Source: an uncultured Armatimonadetes bacterium
GTDB taxonomy: Bacteria > Armatimonadota > UBA5829 > DTJY01
NCBI GenBank assembly: GCA_937875395.1
Contig: CALNCU010000316.1
Span: 1-63,647 of the forward strand
DNA: 63,647 nt
Direction of reading: 5' to 3'
Shown here piece after piece: positions 1 to 8,986 of this stretch; position 1 is the first letter of the stretch, and each line of letters opens with the position of its first letter. The translations under genes and the position numbers were made by a program. The notes beneath the pieces are model-generated. The model searched no databases. It was not told where the DNA came from and saw nothing but the letters and a program-made list of their open reading frames with translations.

Positions 1-90
1 TCAACCCCCCCGGGAAGATACTTCGGTCGCAGAGTGCCTTGGCACGCCGCTGCCGAAGCATTGTTTAAACTTGCAAATTCAAGTTTACAG
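1..90 (+). repeat. Structured intergenic repeat, copy A: linker, one core unit (17-59) and a terminal AU-rich hairpin (66-87); the 5' side is cut by the window start
   Basis: GATACTTCGGTCGCAGAGTGCCTTGGCACGCCGCTGCCGAAGC (17-59) is near-identical to 28360-28403 and 38671-38713. It differs from 38735-38777 and from 58595-58634 (reverse strand) only in the apical hairpin. TAAACTTG (66-73) pairs with CAAGTTTA (80-87). Confidence 0.85.
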
Positions 91-142
91 AGTAGTAGTT
101 CATAATATAAGTAATTTGCCGGATAGGGATCAACTCCATCCG

Positions 143-165
143 GGATAATGAGATAGAGTCTCAAT
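143..165 (+). promoter_or_regulatory. Candidate Fur-family operator upstream of feoAB
   Basis: GATAATGAGATAGAGTCTC contains a 7-1-7-like palindrome, TGAGATA-G-AGTCTCA. It resembles the Fur box TGATAATnATTATCA at about 11/15 positions and lies 25-45 nt before the feoA start. Confidence 0.3.
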
Positions 166-189
166 CTCAAGGCAGGCAAGGAGCAGTAA

Positions 190-417
190 ATGACCTTGGA
201 TCAGGTAAAAAAGGGTTCGCAGGTACGTATAGTATCCATAGGTGACGGTATTAGCCGGGCGCATCTGCTCAGGCTTGGGATATCGGAGGGGGCCACCGTC
301 ATCTGTCAGGAAAAACTTCCCATGGGGCCGGTGATACTGCGGCGTAAGCGGCAGGAGGTTGCCGTGGGCCGGAAGCTTGCAAAGGAAATAGAAGTAACGC
401 TGGAGGGCCTGGAATGA
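190..417 (+). CDS. feoA: Ferrous iron transport protein A (FeoA)
   Basis: 75-aa ORF with a FeoA-like pattern (VRIVSI..G...RLLRLGI.EG..V). AAGGAG lies upstream. Its stop overlaps the feoB start (ATGA). Confidence 0.85.
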   Translation: MTLDQVKKGSQVRIVSIGDGISRAHLLRLGISEGATVICQEKLPMGPVILRRKRQEVAVGRKLAKEIEVTLEGLE

Positions 418-2288
418 GGTTTACCAGAGGCTTGCACCGGCACGGAATGCGTCACTGCAGAAGAACCGGCGCGTGCGGATTGAAGGACAAAAAGATTGTT
501 CTGGTGGGAAACCCCAACGTAGGCAAATCCGTGATTTTTGGCTATCTTACCGGAGTGTATGCCGAGGTCTCCAACTACCCCGGCACCACCATAGAGATAT
601 CTCAGGGCAGATCTGATTGGGGGACGGTTCAGGATACGCCGGGGATATACGGTGTTGCATCTTTTAACGATGAAGAACGGGTGGCGCGCGATATTATTTT
701 GGGGGCGGATGTTATAGTAAACGTAGTGAGCGCCGTCCACCTGGAACGCGATCTCTTCCTTACGCTTCAGCTTGCGGATATGGGGATTCCCATGCTGGTT
801 CTTCTTAATTTTATGGATGAGGCGCAGGATGAAGGGCTGGAGATAGATGCAGGCCTGCTCTCCGATATCCTTGGCGTGCCGGTGGTGCCCGCCTCCGCAG
901 TGAATAGGACAGGGCTTGATAATATAGCCGCCGCCATAAAGGGCGCCCGCCCCGGTCACGCCCACCCGGAAGTTGCCGCATTAACCACAGAAGCTCTTTA
1001 CAAAGCAGGCTCAAGGGCGGAGGCCGTGCTGGTGCTGGAGGGGGATCAGGTTGTTGCAAAACGCCACGGCGTTCATCCGGGCGGGATGAGAGAGAAGATT
1101 TACGTGCTCCGCCGCGAACGTGTGAACGATATAGTAGGGCACGTTGTGCGAGAGACCGGCGCAGCAAAAAGGTTTGCTGCCAGGCTTGCGCAGTTGACTA
1201 TGAATCCGTGGACGGGCATCCCCATCTTTCTGGCCGCCCTGTATATGATTTACCTTGTTATAGGCGTGTTTGTGGCACAGCATGTGGTGGGCTTTACTGA
1301 AGGCTCCATTATGCAGGGGCACTGGGAACCCCTGGTGCGTTCTGCAGTGTTTAAGTGGCTGCCGCCAAACTCTGTGCCGGGCATGCTCCTGGCCGGGGAG
1401 TACGGCATGTTTACCATGGCTGTAACGTACCTTTTTGGGTTGCTTCTGCCGCTTGTTGTGGGCTTTTACTTCTCACTGGCATTTCTGGAGGACAGCGGGT
1501 ATCTTCCACGGCTGGCAACCCTGGCAGATAGAGTGCTTGGTGGGATAGGGCTGAACGGGAGGGCGGTTATACCAATTATCCTGGGGTTCGGCTGCATAAC
1601 CATGGGTACCATAACAACCCGGCTCCTGGGAACGGAGAGGGAAAAGACAATAGCCGCATCCATACTCAATTTCACCATACCGTGCTCTGCGCAGCTTGGA
1701 GTAATTGCTCTGCTCCTTGGGCGGATAGGTTTTGCATATTCGCTTACGTACGTGCTTGTGATAGGCGGATGCCTGGTACTTGTGGGGACTGTGCTTAACC
1801 GCTCGCTCCCGGGCGAATCTTCATCCCTTTTAATAGACCTGCCGCCCATGCGCATGCCGCGCATGGGGAATGTCATTAGAAAGACATCGCTTAGAACCAT
1901 GCTTTTTATGAAAGAAGCGTTTCCGTGGTTTTTGGCAGGATCGCTGCTTATTGCCGTTATGCAGGTTACAGGTCTGCTGGATGCATGGCACCGGCTGCTC
2001 TCTCCTCTTGTTGTAGGCTGGCTGCAGCTCCCCATCCAGGCGGCAGACGCCTTTGTGGTGGGCATGATACGCCGGGATTTTGGCGCAGCAGAGATTGCCG
2101 GTATGGTGCTCACCGCGCCGCAGACGCTTGTGGCGCTTATAGCCATGACTCTCTATGTGCCGTGTACGGCATCCGTAGCAATTCTATTTAAGGAACGAGG
2201 TTGGAGGGAGGCGCTTACTATATGGGCGGCTACGTGGATAAGTTCTTTTGCAGTCGGCGGAGCAGTCTCTCAGCTGGTGATAAGGTAA
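414..2288 (+). CDS. feoB: Ferrous iron transporter B (FeoB)
   Basis: GTPase motifs GNPNVGKS, DTPG and NFMD are followed by a long polytopic membrane domain. The ATG at 414 has GGAGG 8 nt upstream. An alternative TTG at 480 would remove an unusual 22-aa basic N-terminal extension. Confidence 0.9.
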   Translation: MRFTRGLHRHGMRHCRRTGACGLKDKKIVLVGNPNVGKSVIFGYLTGVYAEVSNYPGTTIEISQGRSDWGTVQDTPGIYGVASFNDEERVARDIILGADVIVNVVSAVHLERDLFLTLQLADMGIPMLVLLNFMDEAQDEGLEIDAGLLSDILGVPVVPASAVNRTGLDNIAAAIKGARPGHAHPEVAALTTEALYKAGSRAEAVLVLEGDQVVAKRHGVHPGGMREKIYVLRRERVNDIVGHVVRETGAAKRFAARLAQLTMNPWTGIPIFLAALYMIYLVIGVFVAQHVVGFTEGSIMQGHWEPLVRSAVFKWLPPNSVPGMLLAGEYGMFTMAVTYLFGLLLPLVVGFYFSLAFLEDSGYLPRLATLADRVLGGIGLNGRAVIPIILGFGCITMGTITTRLLGTEREKTIAASILNFTIPCSAQLGVIALLLGRIGFAYSLTYVLVIGGCLVLVGTVLNRSLPGESSSLLIDLPPMRMPRMGNVIRKTSLRTMLFMKEAFPWFLAGSLLIAVMQVTGLLDAWHRLLSPLVVGWLQLPIQAADAFVVGMIRRDFGAAEIAGMVLTAPQTLVALIAMTLYVPCTASVAILFKERGWREALTIWAATWISSFAVGGAVSQLVIR

Positions 2289-2467
2289 TGAAAGAAACAG
2301 AGATTATTTGTACCGGATGCGGCGCCGTGTATTCATCGCTCCCCGGGATTACCTGTCCCCGGTGCTGCACTCCGCTCTGCCAAAGCGGCTGCGAGGGCTG
2401 CACGGCGGCTTGCGGGCTTCGTTTAACCGGCGGCACATCATTGCAGGACGGCATCAAGGAGAAGTAA
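2288..2467 (+). CDS. Small Cys-rich protein (59 aa, 11 Cys), translationally coupled to feoB
   Basis: Its ATG overlaps the feoB stop (TAATG). The sequence MKETEIICTGCGAVYSSLPGITCPRCCTPLCQSGCEGCTAAC has CxxC and CxxCC motifs. A hairpin (2474-2515) follows. Confidence 0.5.
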   Translation: MKETEIICTGCGAVYSSLPGITCPRCCTPLCQSGCEGCTAACGLRLTGGTSLQDGIKEK

Positions 2468-2555
2468 AAGCATCTCCGGCCTTGATTATAATGAAAGAAG
2501 CACCGGAGATGGCCCCCAGTGCTTCTTGAAAGAATATACAAAATACTTGCTTTTG

Positions 2556-2738
2556 TCAGCGAGTCCTCTGGCGTCCTCCGCCGTGGCTCACCTGGCCGCC
2601 CTTGCGCCCGGCCTCTCTTGCCTCCTCCGATGTCCACTCATGGGCGGTACCCTTGTTGTGCGCTGCTCTGCCGCCCTTGCTTGCTATCTCTTTCTGCTTC
2701 TCCGGGCTCATACACGCAAATCCTCTTCTAAGTGCCAT
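2556..2738 (-). CDS. KGG-repeat general stress protein (YciG-like)
   Basis: MALRRGFACMSPEKQKEIASKGGRAAHNKGTAHEWTSEEAREAGRKGG matches the stress-induced KGG repeat pattern. I chose the internal ATG at 2738 because GGAGG lies 7 nt upstream. Confidence 0.8.
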   Translation of the reverse strand: MALRRGFACMSPEKQKEIASKGGRAAHNKGTAHEWTSEEAREAGRKGGQVSHGGGRQRTR

Positions 2739-2905
2739 AATTACACCTCCATATAGTTGGCGCTTAAGCACCAATCGAATCTGATGAGATATTACCCGTA
2801 CAATAAGAGCTTTAAACCCATCACTGTTTTTTGCATAGCTTTTTCCGGCTGCCGGACACCGGATGTTAATATACAAAGTAAACAATCTGCCCATAAATGG
2901 AAAAG

Positions 2906-2934
2906 TTTACAACCGAATGCTGCTATGTTATAAT
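2906..2934 (+). promoter_or_regulatory. Sigma-70-type promoter for eno
   Basis: TTTACA (2906-2911), a 17-nt spacer, then TATAAT (2929-2934). Confidence 0.6.
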
Positions 2935-3002
2935 CAAACGGAAATGTTTGCCCGCAAAACAGGCGGGAATAACTGATTAATCAAACTTAAAACGGAGGTT
3001 AG

Positions 3003-4298
<1,296 letters not shown>

Positions 4299-4327
4299 CG
4301 GCATGTAAAACGGATAAAGGTAACTAA

Positions 4328-4357
4328 AGGGGGGCTGCTTCGGCGGCTCCCTTTTTC
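4328..4357 (+). terminator. Intrinsic terminator after eno
   Basis: GGGGGGCTGC-ttcg-GCGGCTCCC stem (with G-U wobbles) followed by TTTTT. Confidence 0.7.
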
Positions 4358-4431
4358 ATAATGTATCCGGCCCAATATCTTCAAGCGGCAGGAGTTTGTC
4401 GCATAGCTCTGCCGCTGTGAATTAAATCAGT

Positions 4432-4460
4432 TTGACTAGAGCACTCCATTCTAATAGAAT
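4432..4460 (+). promoter_or_regulatory. Sigma-70-type promoter for pyk
   Basis: TTGACT (4432-4437), a 17-nt spacer, then TAGAAT (4455-4460). Confidence 0.6.
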
Positions 4461-4494
4461 TATATAGGCAAACCATCCCGAAAGAGGTCTTTGC

Positions 4495-5922
4495 ATGAAA
4501 CGCACAAAAATAGTTTGCACAATAGGTCCGTCCTCAGAATCTGCAGAAATGCTGCGGAAGCTTGTTATTGCCGGCATGAATGTTGCCAGATTGAACTTCT
4601 CTCATGGCGCTATGGAAGAACATGCGCAAAGAATAGAGGCAATCAGAAAGATTGAGGCAGAACTTGGCAAACCCATAGCCATTCTTCAAGATTTGCCAGG
4701 CCCCAAGATTAGAACCGGAGACATGCAGGGGATGGTAGAGCTTCAGCAGGGCAGGACTTTTGTCTTTACCACTCGCAGCGTCCCCGGAGATGCAGAAGAG
4801 ATTAACCTCCCATACCCGGAACTTGTGGCGCAGGCTGCACCCGGCCAGCAGATATTTGTTGCAGACGGACAGCTTGAGTTTAGGGTGGAATCTGCAACAG
4901 ATACAGATATTATAACAAAAGTAATAGTGGGCGGCATGATAGGGGGCCGGAAGGGCGTTAATATGCCCGGCGCAAAGATATCCGTGCCATCGGTTACAGA
5001 AAAAGACCTTGCCGCGCTTGATTTTGGGCTAAAGTACGATGTTGACTGGGTGGCGGCCTCCTTTGTGCGCTGCGCTGCAGATCTTGATCCCGTGCGAAGC
5101 AAGATTGCATCCTCCGGCAAATCTATCCGCCTGATTGCCAAAATAGAGAAGAGCGAGGCCGTCTCAGATATAGATTCCATTATAGAGGCGGCAGACGGCA
5201 TAATGGTTGCAAGGGGCGATCTTGGCGTAGAAATTCCGCTGGAGCGGGTTCCGGCGGTACAGAAATCCATAATAAAAAAATGCAACCTGGCTGGCAAACC
5301 CGTAATTACGGCCACGCAGATGCTTGAATCTATGATTGGGAACCGCAGGCCTACCAGGGCAGAGGTAACAGATGTGGCAAACGCCATTCTGGACGGTACG
5401 GATGCAGTTATGCTCTCCGGGGAGACGGCCATAGGGGAATTTCCCGTAGATACTGTAACCACAATGTCTAAAATTGCGGTTCAGGCAGAGATATCCCTTA
5501 ATCACAGGCACGTTACAAAGCAGCAAACGCACGGGGCTGAGAAGTCTGTGACGGATGCCATAGCCCAGGGGACGGTAGACATAGCCATAGACCTGCAGGC
5601 AAAGGCAATAATTACGCCCACATCATCCGGGGCAACGGCAAGGGCCGTGTCCAAGTATCGCCCGGAGACACCTATTATTGCGGCGGCAACCACAAGGGCC
5701 ACCTACAGGCAGCTTGCGCTCTCCTGGGGAATCTACCCGGTGGTTGTAGCCCAGACCCGCAACACGGATGATATGCTTGAAGAAGCCGTGGAAGGTGCAA
5801 AGCGGGCAAAGCTTGTTCACGATGGAGATATTGTGGTGCTTACGGCCGGTGTTCCCGCCGGGGTGCCGGGCAGAACAAACCTTATAAAAGTCCAGGTGGT
5901 TGGGCAGGCGATAACCACTTAA
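4495..5922 (+). CDS. pyk: Pyruvate kinase
   Basis: MKRTKIVCTIGP N-terminus, MVARGDLGVEIP motif, 475 aa. Confidence 0.95.
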   Translation: MKRTKIVCTIGPSSESAEMLRKLVIAGMNVARLNFSHGAMEEHAQRIEAIRKIEAELGKPIAILQDLPGPKIRTGDMQGMVELQQGRTFVFTTRSVPGDAEEINLPYPELVAQAAPGQQIFVADGQLEFRVESATDTDIITKVIVGGMIGGRKGVNMPGAKISVPSVTEKDLAALDFGLKYDVDWVAASFVRCAADLDPVRSKIASSGKSIRLIAKIEKSEAVSDIDSIIEAADGIMVARGDLGVEIPLERVPAVQKSIIKKCNLAGKPVITATQMLESMIGNRRPTRAEVTDVANAILDGTDAVMLSGETAIGEFPVDTVTTMSKIAVQAEISLNHRHVTKQQTHGAEKSVTDAIAQGTVDIAIDLQAKAIITPTSSGATARAVSKYRPETPIIAAATTRATYRQLALSWGIYPVVVAQTRNTDDMLEEAVEGAKRAKLVHDGDIVVLTAGVPAGVPGRTNLIKVQVVGQAITT

Positions 5923-5948
5923 TATAAAAGGGAAACAGGAGCCAAAAC

Positions 5949-6383
5949 ATGGGCGGACAGTCTAAAATCAGGCGCAGACCAAAGAGTGCGGGACGGCCCG
6001 GTAAATTCCGGCGAGTAGTATCAAAGCTGCTTGTAATCTGCCTTGTTGCGGGGGGCGGATACATGTTTCTGGATAAGCTTTCGCGTCCCTACAGAATCTC
6101 TCATGGCGAAGCAAAAGAGATTGCAGAAACAAAGAGGCAGATTAAGGCAGAAGAGGAGCAAAACCGGGCCTTAAAGCAAAATATAGAGTTTCTTAAGACG
6201 GATAGCGGCCGGGAAGTAGAGGCAAGAAGGCTGGGCTGGGTAAAGCCGGGCGAAGTTGCCATAGTTGTAGAACAGCCCTCTCTGCATCCAGAGACTATAG
6301 AAGTAAAAGAGCCGCCCAGGCATAAATCCTTTTGGAATGCCGTAAAAGGAATATTTATTAAGAAAAATAACCGGAAACCGTAA
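5949..6383 (+). CDS. Septum formation initiator family protein (FtsB/DivIC-like)
   Basis: Basic N-terminus, one TM segment, a coiled coil, then EVEARRLGWVKPGEVA, which is typical of FtsB/DivIC. Confidence 0.65.
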   Translation: MGGQSKIRRRPKSAGRPGKFRRVVSKLLVICLVAGGGYMFLDKLSRPYRISHGEAKEIAETKRQIKAEEEQNRALKQNIEFLKTDSGREVEARRLGWVKPGEVAIVVEQPSLHPETIEVKEPPRHKSFWNAVKGIFIKKNNRKP

Positions 6384-6421
6384 CTTTCCCCTGATTTGGT
6401 TCAGGAAGATGGAGAATATTT

Positions 6422-7699
6422 ATGCCCAGAGTGGGTCTTTATACGCTGGGATGCAAAGTAAACCAGTACGAAACACAAAAAATAGCCGAAGAGTTTAAAT
6501 TAAAAGGCTTTGATATAGTTTCGTTTACAGAGGCGGCCGATGTATATATTATCAACTCCTGTACGGTAACAGTTACTGCAGATGCCAAATCCCGGCAGGC
6601 GGTTCGCTCGGCGGCAAACCGGAACCCTGCCGCCAGGGTAGTTCTAACCGGCTGCTATGCAGAGACTTCGCCCGGCGATGCATCTGCCGTTACGGGAGTA
6701 TCGCTGGTACTCGGCAACAAAGATAAGCAGCTCCTTGTGGAGAAGGTATGCAATCTGCTTGGCTGGACGGAGCAGGATGCGCCGCGCGTGCCCGTCTACG
6801 AGCCGGTCTCCGGCAAACTTGGGCGTACCAGGGCGCTTATAAAGGTTCAGGATGGCTGTAACCAGTTTTGCGCATACTGTGCCGTTCCGCTTGCAAGGCC
6901 AAGCATGTGGAGCAGGCCCTTTGCGGAGATTGTGACAGAGGCGGAAGACCTGGCTTCACGCGGGTATAAGGAAGTAGTGCTTACGGGAATCCGGCTGGGG
7001 CGCTATGAGAACCAGGGGGCGGACCTGGCAGACCTGGTGCGCGCGCTCACCTGGGTGGGCGGCATAGAGCGTATAAGGCTTAGTTCCATAGAGATTACGG
7101 ATGTGCCTGTCTCCCTGCTGCCGTTTATGTCCGGCAATACAAAGGTTTGCCGCCACCTGCATGTGCCTCTCCAAAGCGGAGACGATGAAGTTCTTAAAAG
7201 AATGAATCGCCCGTACACGGTGCAGGATTTTAAGGCGTTTGTACGAAATGCCAGGTCGATGGTGCCCGGAATCGCCATCACCACAGACGTAATTACAGGC
7301 TTCCCCGGAGAGACTGAGGAGGCGTTTGAAAATACCCGCAGGCTGGTAAGCGAAGTTGGATTCTCAAAGGCGCACGTGTTCCGGTTCTCCCCAAGGCCGG
7401 GCACCGCAGCCGCACGCATGAGGGATGATGTATCCCCCGCAGAGAAAGAGAACCGCAGCACGGTTTTAATGCGGGTTGCAAAAGAAGGCGCATGCAAATT
7501 TGCCAAATCTTTGATAGGGGAGACGGTACAGGTTCTGGCAGAGAGCAAGGTCTTGTCGGACGGGCAGAGGTCCGGGCTTACAGATACCTACGTGCGGGTG
7601 GTATTTGATGCTCCCGCGCTTATGGCGGGAAAGTTTGCAGGCGTGTGCATAGACAGCGTATCGCCGGACGGCATTGCGCTTGGGCATGTCACAACATAA
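6422..7699 (+). CDS. mtaB: Radical-SAM tRNA methylthiotransferase, MtaB-like
   Basis: N-terminal LGCKVNQYE (UPF0004 domain) and the radical-SAM cluster motif CNQFCAYC. Its position upstream of rpsU-yqeY matches yqeV in Bacillus. Confidence 0.8.
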   Translation: MPRVGLYTLGCKVNQYETQKIAEEFKLKGFDIVSFTEAADVYIINSCTVTVTADAKSRQAVRSAANRNPAARVVLTGCYAETSPGDASAVTGVSLVLGNKDKQLLVEKVCNLLGWTEQDAPRVPVYEPVSGKLGRTRALIKVQDGCNQFCAYCAVPLARPSMWSRPFAEIVTEAEDLASRGYKEVVLTGIRLGRYENQGADLADLVRALTWVGGIERIRLSSIEITDVPVSLLPFMSGNTKVCRHLHVPLQSGDDEVLKRMNRPYTVQDFKAFVRNARSMVPGIAITTDVITGFPGETEEAFENTRRLVSEVGFSKAHVFRFSPRPGTAAARMRDDVSPAEKENRSTVLMRVAKEGACKFAKSLIGETVQVLAESKVLSDGQRSGLTDTYVRVVFDAPALMAGKFAGVCIDSVSPDGIALGHVTT

Positions 7700-7712
7700 G
7701 GAGGCAAGGAGT

Positions 7713-8057
7713 ATGGAAAACTGCATATTCTGCAAGATTGCAGACGGCAGGATAAAGACAGATGCAGTCTATGAAGATGATAAGATAATTGCATTTAAGG
7801 ACTTAAACCCCGTGGCGCCCGTGCACATTCTTATCATCCCAAAGGCGCACATCTCCGGGGTGATGGCCCTTACGGAAAAAGATAAAACCCTTGTAGGAGA
7901 AATTTTTCTGGTTGCCCGCAGTCTGGCAGAGCAGTTTGGCATTGCAGACAATGGATTCCGCATAGTAGCCAACTCCGGCGAAAACGCGGGGCAGAGCGTT
8001 CCCCACCTTCATTTCCATCTGCTGGGCGGGCGCAAGCTAGGCTGGCCGCCCGGCTGA
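7713..8057 (+). CDS. HIT-family nucleotide hydrolase
   Basis: Histidine-triad motif HLHFHLLGG and CIFCKI at the N-terminus. I chose the ATG at 7713 because AAGGAG lies upstream. Confidence 0.88.
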   Translation: MENCIFCKIADGRIKTDAVYEDDKIIAFKDLNPVAPVHILIIPKAHISGVMALTEKDKTLVGEIFLVARSLAEQFGIADNGFRIVANSGENAGQSVPHLHFHLLGGRKLGWPPG

Positions 8058-8142
8058 AACACCGGCGGCAGATATCTATAATCAGGTAGCCCGACCCTTG
8101 TAAAACATACAGAATTTAAAGCCTTTCCGCAGTGAAGTTACC

Positions 8143-8171
8143 TTGACACGCTGACTGCATATGGGTATAAT
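8143..8171 (+). promoter_or_regulatory. Consensus sigma-70 promoter for rpsU
   Basis: TTGACA (8143-8148), a 17-nt spacer, then TATAAT (8166-8171). This matches the consensus at all 12 positions. Confidence 0.75.
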
Positions 8172-8305
8172 ATGCGTGGACAAGGGGCTGCCTGTAAATG
8201 AGCTGCGCATCTGCGCAGCCCATATTATTATAGGGGGTTCTGGTTCTGCCCGCTTTTGAGCAGGTTAGGGTAGAGAAAACAGTAGACAAAGAGGGGTGAC
8301 ACTAA

Positions 8306-8497
8306 TTGGCGCAGGTTCAGGTACGACAGAACGAGTCGCTGGATAGCGCGCTCAGGCGGTTCAAGAAGGAACTTGAGCAGGCTGGTACGCTACGTGAGGC
8401 CCGAGAGCACCAGCACTATGAAAAGCCGAGCGATAAAAAACGCAAAGCAGAGGCTGCACGAAAACGCAAGATTGCACGCAGCCGGCGTTCCTACTAG
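8306..8497 (+). CDS. rpsU: 30S ribosomal protein S21
   Basis: 63-aa basic protein with LRRFKKE and a [12 protein letters not shown] tail. TTG start with GAGGGG upstream. Confidence 0.9.
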   Translation: MAQVQVRQNESLDSALRRFKKELEQAGTLREAREHQHYEKPSDKKRKAEAARKRKIARSRRSY

Positions 8498-8521
8498 GCT
8501 GAAAGGCTGAGAGGCATAAAA

Positions 8522-8986
8522 ATGTCGCTCATAGAAAAATTCCAAAACGATATGAAAGCCGCAATGAAGGCCGGTGACACTCTCAAAGTTTCCGTCATTC
8601 GTCTCCTTAAAAGTGAGATTAAAAACACAGAGATTGCGAATGGCAGGCCGCTTACTGATGAAGAAGTACTTAACGTAGTGGCAAAAGAGAGCAAGCGGCG
8701 GCGAGATGCTATAGAACAGTTTGCCCGTGCCGGCAGGACTGATCTTGTAGACAAAGAAAAGGCCGAGCTTGAGATTCTGGCAAACTATCTCCCAAAACAG
8801 CTTGATGAGGGAGATATAGAAAGCATTGCGCAAGAGGTGATACTGGAACTGCATGCTTCATCCATGGCGGATAAGGGCAAGGTAATGGCCGCCCTTATGC
8901 CCAAGGTTCGGGGCAGGGCGGACGGAAAGGCAGTAAATGCAATAGTCGAACGTCTGCTGCAAAGCAGTTCCGCAAAGCATGGTTAG
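8522..8986 (+). CDS. yqeY: GatB/YqeY domain protein
   Basis: The pattern FQNDMKAAMKAGD...VIRLLKSEIKN is typical of YqeY, and the gene follows rpsU as in Firmicutes. Confidence 0.85.
   Translation: MSLIEKFQNDMKAAMKAGDTLKVSVIRLLKSEIKNTEIANGRPLTDEEVLNVVAKESKRRRDAIEQFARAGRTDLVDKEKAELEILANYLPKQLDEGDIESIAQEVILELHASSMADKGKVMAALMPKVRGRADGKAVNAIVERLLQSSSAKHG

Noticed and set aside
480-2288. An alternative feoB start at TTG 480, which would give the usual short N-terminus before GNPNVGKS.
   Set aside because: There is no Shine-Dalgarno sequence upstream of 480, whereas the ATG at 414 has GGAGG at optimal spacing and overlaps the feoA stop. I kept 414 but flagged the uncertainty.
8058-8140. A possible additional degenerate repeat copy after the HIT gene (CACCGGCGGCAGATATC ... 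TTGTAAAACATACAGAATTTAAAG).
   Set aside because: The similarity is limited to a few short words, and no outer helix or apical hairpin can be drawn.
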